A stretch of 32,000 nt of DNA from Synechocystis sp. PCC 6803 substr. PCC-P (GTDB lineage: Bacteria; Cyanobacteriota; Cyanobacteriia; Cyanobacteriales; Microcystaceae), in assembly GCF_000284455.1 (NCBI RefSeq), contig NC_017039.1, positions 2,460,001-2,492,000 of the forward strand, given 5' to 3'. A program made the position numbers and the translations under genes. The notes under the pieces are model-generated. The model ran no database searches, was not told where the DNA came from, and saw only the letters and a program-made list of their open reading frames with translations. Shown here piece after piece: positions 28,152-32,000 of this stretch (positions are counted from its first letter, which is position 1; each line of letters opens with the position of its first letter).

Positions 28152-30830
28152 ATGGTGTTTCGATTCCCCTCGCCAGTACTAGTAATTATTTTGGCTAACT
28201 GCCTGATGACCGTCGTCGGGCTAATCCTACCCCAGTCAGCTAGAACAGAAACTTTTAGTGCTGATTTTCCCCCTCCCGATTCTGCCTTGGATTTGTTGCT
28301 GGGACAGGAAACTCCCTTAATGGAAACGACAATTCCAGAGCCGGAACAAGGGCAGGAGGATAACCAAAGCGCCCCGCCCTCTGAGCCAACACCGGGCAAT
28401 TTGGGTAATGAAGACGATTTATTTGAGCGGGTATTCGGTCGGCCCCGCCCCACGGGGGTACAGCGTTTGGTGGCGCCCTTTTTCATCAACGATTTGCAAC
28501 AGGGTCAAATTGTAGTGTTTGTTTCCCTGGGAGGGGGTAGTAGCCTACAAATCACCGCTTCCACTTTGTTGTTGAAAATGGAAGAATATGCCCGACCTGA
28601 TATACAGACTAGATTGGCCGATTTGGTGGACGACAGCGGTAATTTAACCTTGGCGGCTCTGCAAAGTGTGGGTCTAGATGCCACATTTAATGACCAGTTG
28701 TTGGAACTGAGGATTATTATTCCCCCCAATCTCCGCAAAACCATTGTCTATGGCTCCGGTAATTTACAACTTCCCCCAGGGGCCGCCACAGCCCTACGTC
28801 CCAGTAACTTCAGTGGTTTTATCAACTTAATTGGGACCCAACCCTATGCCTGGGATGGCACTGGTGATTTGGGCCGCCAAGCCCTGAATTTGGGTGTAGA
28901 AGGGGCCCTTAATTATCAGGGCTGGGTGCTAGAGGGTAGTGCTAGTTTTGCTGAGCAAAGCAACAATCCCTGGACCCGCTCTGACATTCGCTTGGTAAAG
29001 GATGATCCAGATAATGCGGTTCGCTATGTTCTTGGTGATCTGTTTAGCACCGCCCGCAGTTATCAGTCCTTTGTGCCCATGGTGGGATTTGCGATGTTTC
29101 GCAATTTCTCCCTCCAGCCCTATTTGACCACTAGGCCCACAGGGCAGTTTGAATTTCTGTTGGAAAGCCCTGCTAGGGTGGAAATTTTTGTCAATGGACT
29201 ATTGCGGCAAACTCTCCAATTGCCAGCGGGGCCCCAGGATATTCGTAATTTTGGTCTGAATACGGGGCTTAATAATGTGACGGTGAAAATCATCGACAGT
29301 GCGGGGCGGGTGGAGGAACTATCTTTTTCGGCTCCCTTAGCGACGGATCTATTGGCGGTGGGTTTGAATCAGTTTGGCTTGGGGGTGGGGGTTCCGGCCT
29401 ACACCACCAATGGGGTGCGTAGCTATGACACTTCCCGACCCATTATTGGCGGCTTTTACCGCCAGGGTATTACGTCCACCCTCACCCTAGGAGGTTATCT
29501 ACAGGCGGCAGGTTCCCAGCAGTTGATTGGCACCGAAGGCACCTTGGCCACTTCCGTGGGTAACTTTGGTTGGGATGCGGCCCTGGAAAATGATGGCAAC
29601 GGTTTAGACCATGCTTTCCGACTGCGGTATCAATTTTTGGCCCTAGGAGGTAACCAGGCCCAACTACCTAACTTTGGTTTGGAAGTGGAATATTTGGGCC
29701 CTTATTTTCAGCGCTTTGGTAGTTTTCCCATCGGCTTTACTGCGGAACCATTGGATTTTTTTGGCACCACTACTAATAATGTTTCTTGGTCTTTTGGGGC
29801 TAATTATAGTCAAACTCTAATCGATGGTTTGGGAATTAACCTCGGTTTGGGTTATCAGCTTGGTAGTTTTGGCCAGCCCAATGCCTACCGAGCGGCGATC
29901 GGTTTTACCACTAATCTGGGAAGGGGTTTACAGGCTAATTTGACCCTGAACAATCGCTTAGACCAATCCGGGCGGGCAGAAACTCAAGTATTATTCAACT
30001 TTTTGCAAACTTCCCAGTTCCAATCCCTCACAGCCCGCAGTAATCTGAGCAGTCAACGGGAGCAGGCTAGCACGCTCACTTGGACATCCCGTAGTCCTGC
30101 CCAATATAACAGCGTCAATACCTCCGTTAACCTCAGCAATAATCCCAATCCCGGCTATTTTGGTACTGGCTTAGGGCTGACTTACCGGGGCTTTCTGGGG
30201 GATATTAATCTCAACCATGATTATGATCAGGCTAGCCATCGCACTAACTTAAATTTTGGTACGGCCTTAGTTTATGCTGATGGGCGTTTTGGCTGGAGCC
30301 GACCAGTACGGGATAGTTTTGTGATTTTTAGCCGTAACCCTAATTTTGCGGATCAATTAGTATTAATTAATCCTGGTTTGTATGGTCCTGTGGCGGAAGC
30401 TAATGATGTCGGCCCTGGGGTAGTGCCGGATCTAAGCTCCTATACTTTGACCACTATGCGGGTAGATGCTCCTAATATGCCCCTTGGCTATGACTTGGGC
30501 AATGCGGTATTTAATCTTTTACCGAGCTATAAAAGTGGTACTTTAATCACAGTGGGTACGGAATCCACCGTATTTTTACGGGGGACGTTGGTAGATAAAG
30601 CAGGGAACCCGATTGCGCTTCAAGTCGGGCAAGTTAGGTCTTTGTCTGATCCCAGTTGGTCGCCGTTGGAGTTATTCACTAATCGAGCGGGACGATTTGC
30701 GTTGACAGGACTGGGACCAGGGAAGTATGAATTGCAATTATTCGGTGATCCTCCCCGGGCCATTCGCTTTGAAATTCCGGCGGATAAAACTGGTATTTAC
30801 GACATTGGAACTGTGACAATAGGCGGTTAA
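28152..30830 (+). CDS. Fimbrial usher-like outer-membrane protein (PapC/FimD superfamily-like), orphan
   Basis: 892-aa ORF with a signal peptide and a Pro/Glu/Gln-rich linker. LGDLFSTARSYQSFVPMVGFAMFRNFSLQP and ARVEIFVNGLLRQTLQLPAGPQDIRNFGLNTGLNNVTVKIIDSAGRVEELSF mirror conserved usher motifs. A long Gly/Asn/Tyr/Phe-rich beta-strand region follows. The C-terminal beta-sandwich-like end reads GRFALTGLGPGKYELQL. Confidence 0.65.
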   Translation: MVFRFPSPVLVIILANCLMTVVGLILPQSARTETFSADFPPPDSALDLLLGQETPLMETTIPEPEQGQEDNQSAPPSEPTPGNLGNEDDLFERVFGRPRPTGVQRLVAPFFINDLQQGQIVVFVSLGGGSSLQITASTLLLKMEEYARPDIQTRLADLVDDSGNLTLAALQSVGLDATFNDQLLELRIIIPPNLRKTIVYGSGNLQLPPGAATALRPSNFSGFINLIGTQPYAWDGTGDLGRQALNLGVEGALNYQGWVLEGSASFAEQSNNPWTRSDIRLVKDDPDNAVRYVLGDLFSTARSYQSFVPMVGFAMFRNFSLQPYLTTRPTGQFEFLLESPARVEIFVNGLLRQTLQLPAGPQDIRNFGLNTGLNNVTVKIIDSAGRVEELSFSAPLATDLLAVGLNQFGLGVGVPAYTTNGVRSYDTSRPIIGGFYRQGITSTLTLGGYLQAAGSQQLIGTEGTLATSVGNFGWDAALENDGNGLDHAFRLRYQFLALGGNQAQLPNFGLEVEYLGPYFQRFGSFPIGFTAEPLDFFGTTTNNVSWSFGANYSQTLIDGLGINLGLGYQLGSFGQPNAYRAAIGFTTNLGRGLQANLTLNNRLDQSGRAETQVLFNFLQTSQFQSLTARSNLSSQREQASTLTWTSRSPAQYNSVNTSVNLSNNPNPGYFGTGLGLTYRGFLGDINLNHDYDQASHRTNLNFGTALVYADGRFGWSRPVRDSFVIFSRNPNFADQLVLINPGLYGPVAEANDVGPGVVPDLSSYTLTTMRVDAPNMPLGYDLGNAVFNLLPSYKSGTLITVGTESTVFLRGTLVDKAGNPIALQVGQVRSLSDPSWSPLELFTNRAGRFALTGLGPGKYELQLFGDPPRAIRFEIPADKTGIYDIGTVTIGG

Positions 30831-30858
30831 AAGATTAATGAAATTAATAGTATTTGTC

Positions 30859-31368
30859 TTAGTAATCAGTTTTAATCCCAATGACACCATTGTTGTGGTC
30901 AATCTTAAATTCATTACCATATGCATCTAGATGGAAAAGATCTAAGCCTAAACCAGGTTGACCCTTTAAAAAGTAATCGTTAGCTTCTGCTCCACCAATG
31001 TCAAGCCAACCATTAATAGTTTTATTAATAGGGTCAAATCGGAATTGCAAAAAATTATTCTCCCTTGCCTGACTATTATTGACATTGTCGTAATTTGCTA
31101 TAGTTCGACCTTTGCTATCAATAACTTGCACGGTCAATTCAGTTAAATTTTGAAGTGTTTGCAGTCCTACTACTTGTACGATTTTCGTTGAATTGTCTCT
31201 AAATTCATCTGGGTAAACCACCCGGGCTCGAACTTGATATTCGCCATCTCCTTGCCATAGCAGAGTTACTTCCCCGGCGATCGCCTGGGCGGAAAAACCG
31301 ACGAAAGCAGTGAGTACAAAAATAAAAACTAAAAATAATTTAACCAATTGATGAAATATTGACACCAT
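30859..31368 (-). CDS. Small secreted/exported hypothetical protein
   Basis: The start is preferred at the ATG at 31368, giving MVSIFHQLVKLFLVFIFVLTAFVGFSAQAIA|GEV, a signal peptide with an AxA site. The longer track ORF (to 31419) would overlap the upstream gene. The mature part is about 140 aa, beta-rich and Asn/Asp-rich, with no family recognised. The DNA is visibly A/T-rich. Confidence 0.55.
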   Translation of the reverse strand: MVSIFHQLVKLFLVFIFVLTAFVGFSAQAIAGEVTLLWQGDGEYQVRARVVYPDEFRDNSTKIVQVVGLQTLQNLTELTVQVIDSKGRTIANYDNVNNSQARENNFLQFRFDPINKTINGWLDIGGAEANDYFLKGQPGLGLDLFHLDAYGNEFKIDHNNGVIGIKTDY

Positions 31369-31403
31369 TATTGTTGCTTTAAAACTCAAACAGTTTGGGT
31401 ATG

Positions 31404-31979
31404 CTAAATTTTTAGCCAATCAAAAACTTCGGCGGCGGTAATGGACCAATTTTCAAGCTCAGCAAAAACCGTTAGGGATTCTTGAATTTCAGTTTCAGCT
31501 AAATAAACCTGGGGTAAACTGGCGGTGAAAACCGTAATGGATTTGGCCATGGGATCCACTAACCAAGCTAATTCTGTGCCAGCCTTGAGAGAAAAAATGA
31601 TTTTTTCCATTACCAGGGTGACCGACTGATCTGGGGAAAGAATTTCTATGAGCCAATCCGGGGCCCGATCAAACCGGTCTGCTATTTCGCCACCATTATC
31701 TAAAGGCAAGTTTTGCCAGCGCATCACCGCAATGTCAGGCACAATGGAGCGATCGCCAAAGGTACAACGAAGTTCCGGCAGAGCATAGGCAATTTTGTCC
31801 GGCTTCACTTGGGCATTAATAGCGGCCGCTAGCTCAAATTGGATTGTGCTGTGTTTACCTTTGGGCATGGGTTTCTGGGTGACAATGCCCCGGCAATATT
31901 CCTGGGCAGGTTTGGTTTCCGGTAGGGCCAAGAATGATTCCAGGGAAAGGGTTGGTACTTTTGCTGAGGCTAAAACCAT
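31404..31979 (-). CDS. Uma2-family (DUF820) PD-(D/E)XK putative endonuclease
   Basis: 191-aa ORF. EYCRGIVTQKPMPKGKHSTIQ..., VPDIAV and PDWLIEILSPDQS...ELAWLVDP follow the Uma2 pattern (E..nG.....P...H; PD..v; P.lviEvlSp....D; e.WlvDp). Confidence 0.85.
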   Translation of the reverse strand: MVLASAKVPTLSLESFLALPETKPAQEYCRGIVTQKPMPKGKHSTIQFELAAAINAQVKPDKIAYALPELRCTFGDRSIVPDIAVMRWQNLPLDNGGEIADRFDRAPDWLIEILSPDQSVTLVMEKIIFSLKAGTELAWLVDPMAKSITVFTASLPQVYLAETEIQESLTVFAELENWSITAAEVFDWLKI

Positions 31980-32000
31980 CTACTTCACTCCCCAGAGGAT

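Noticed and set aside
28139-28489. 116-aa minus-strand ORF over the 5' end of the usher-like gene
   Set aside because: It overlaps the signal-peptide and linker region of the much longer plus-strand ORF. It has no Shine-Dalgarno and no recognisable family.
1-32000. CRISPR arrays, rRNA genes, prophage or classical defence operons (restriction-modification, toxin-antitoxin pairs, Cas, CBASS-like)
   Set aside because: I scanned both strands for regularly spaced direct repeats and for characteristic protein motifs. The only nuclease-type accessory gene found is the single Uma2-family gene, and the only repeat families are HIP1 and the IS-related termini.

Overview
This is a cyanobacterial chromosomal segment. 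By recall, gene order and protein sequences match the Synechocystis sp. PCC 6803 rbc region, and I count about 23 HIP1 octamers (GCGATCGC) by eye. Most of the window is ordinary, densely packed housekeeping DNA. The minus-strand block holds sbcD, clpC, dxr, class II fructose-bisphosphate aldolase, hemL and mltA. The plus-strand block holds a YrdC-like gene (slr0006 type), a sugar-phosphate nucleotidyltransferase, ctpA and rbcL-rbcX-rbcS. After that come a DUF4330-like gene, mgtC, lpxB, petF (minus strand), an RDD-like gene, murA and fumC. The accessory or unusual content is: (i) a translationally coupled DUF1190-like lipoprotein plus stand-alone glutathionylspermidine-synthase-like ATP-grasp pair at the left edge; (ii) an intact ~871-bp IS5-family element with TAA target duplications 47 bp upstream of lpxB, and a 125-bp MITE-like derivative with TGA duplications between hemL and mltA; (iii) right-edge accessory DNA holding a truncated IS4-type transposase fragment, a C-terminal stub of a DUF4114-type gene, tRNA-Gly(CCC), an apparently orphan 892-aa fimbrial-usher-like outer-membrane protein with no chaperone or pilin gene in view, an A/T-rich small secreted protein and a Uma2-family nuclease. 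Several intrinsic terminators sit in unusual places: abutting the sbcD ribosome-binding site, inside the lpxB 3' end, and built around a HIP1 palindrome. I found no CRISPR array, no rRNA and no recognisable defence operon. All family assignments rest on reading the translated ORFs and on recall, not on database searches.
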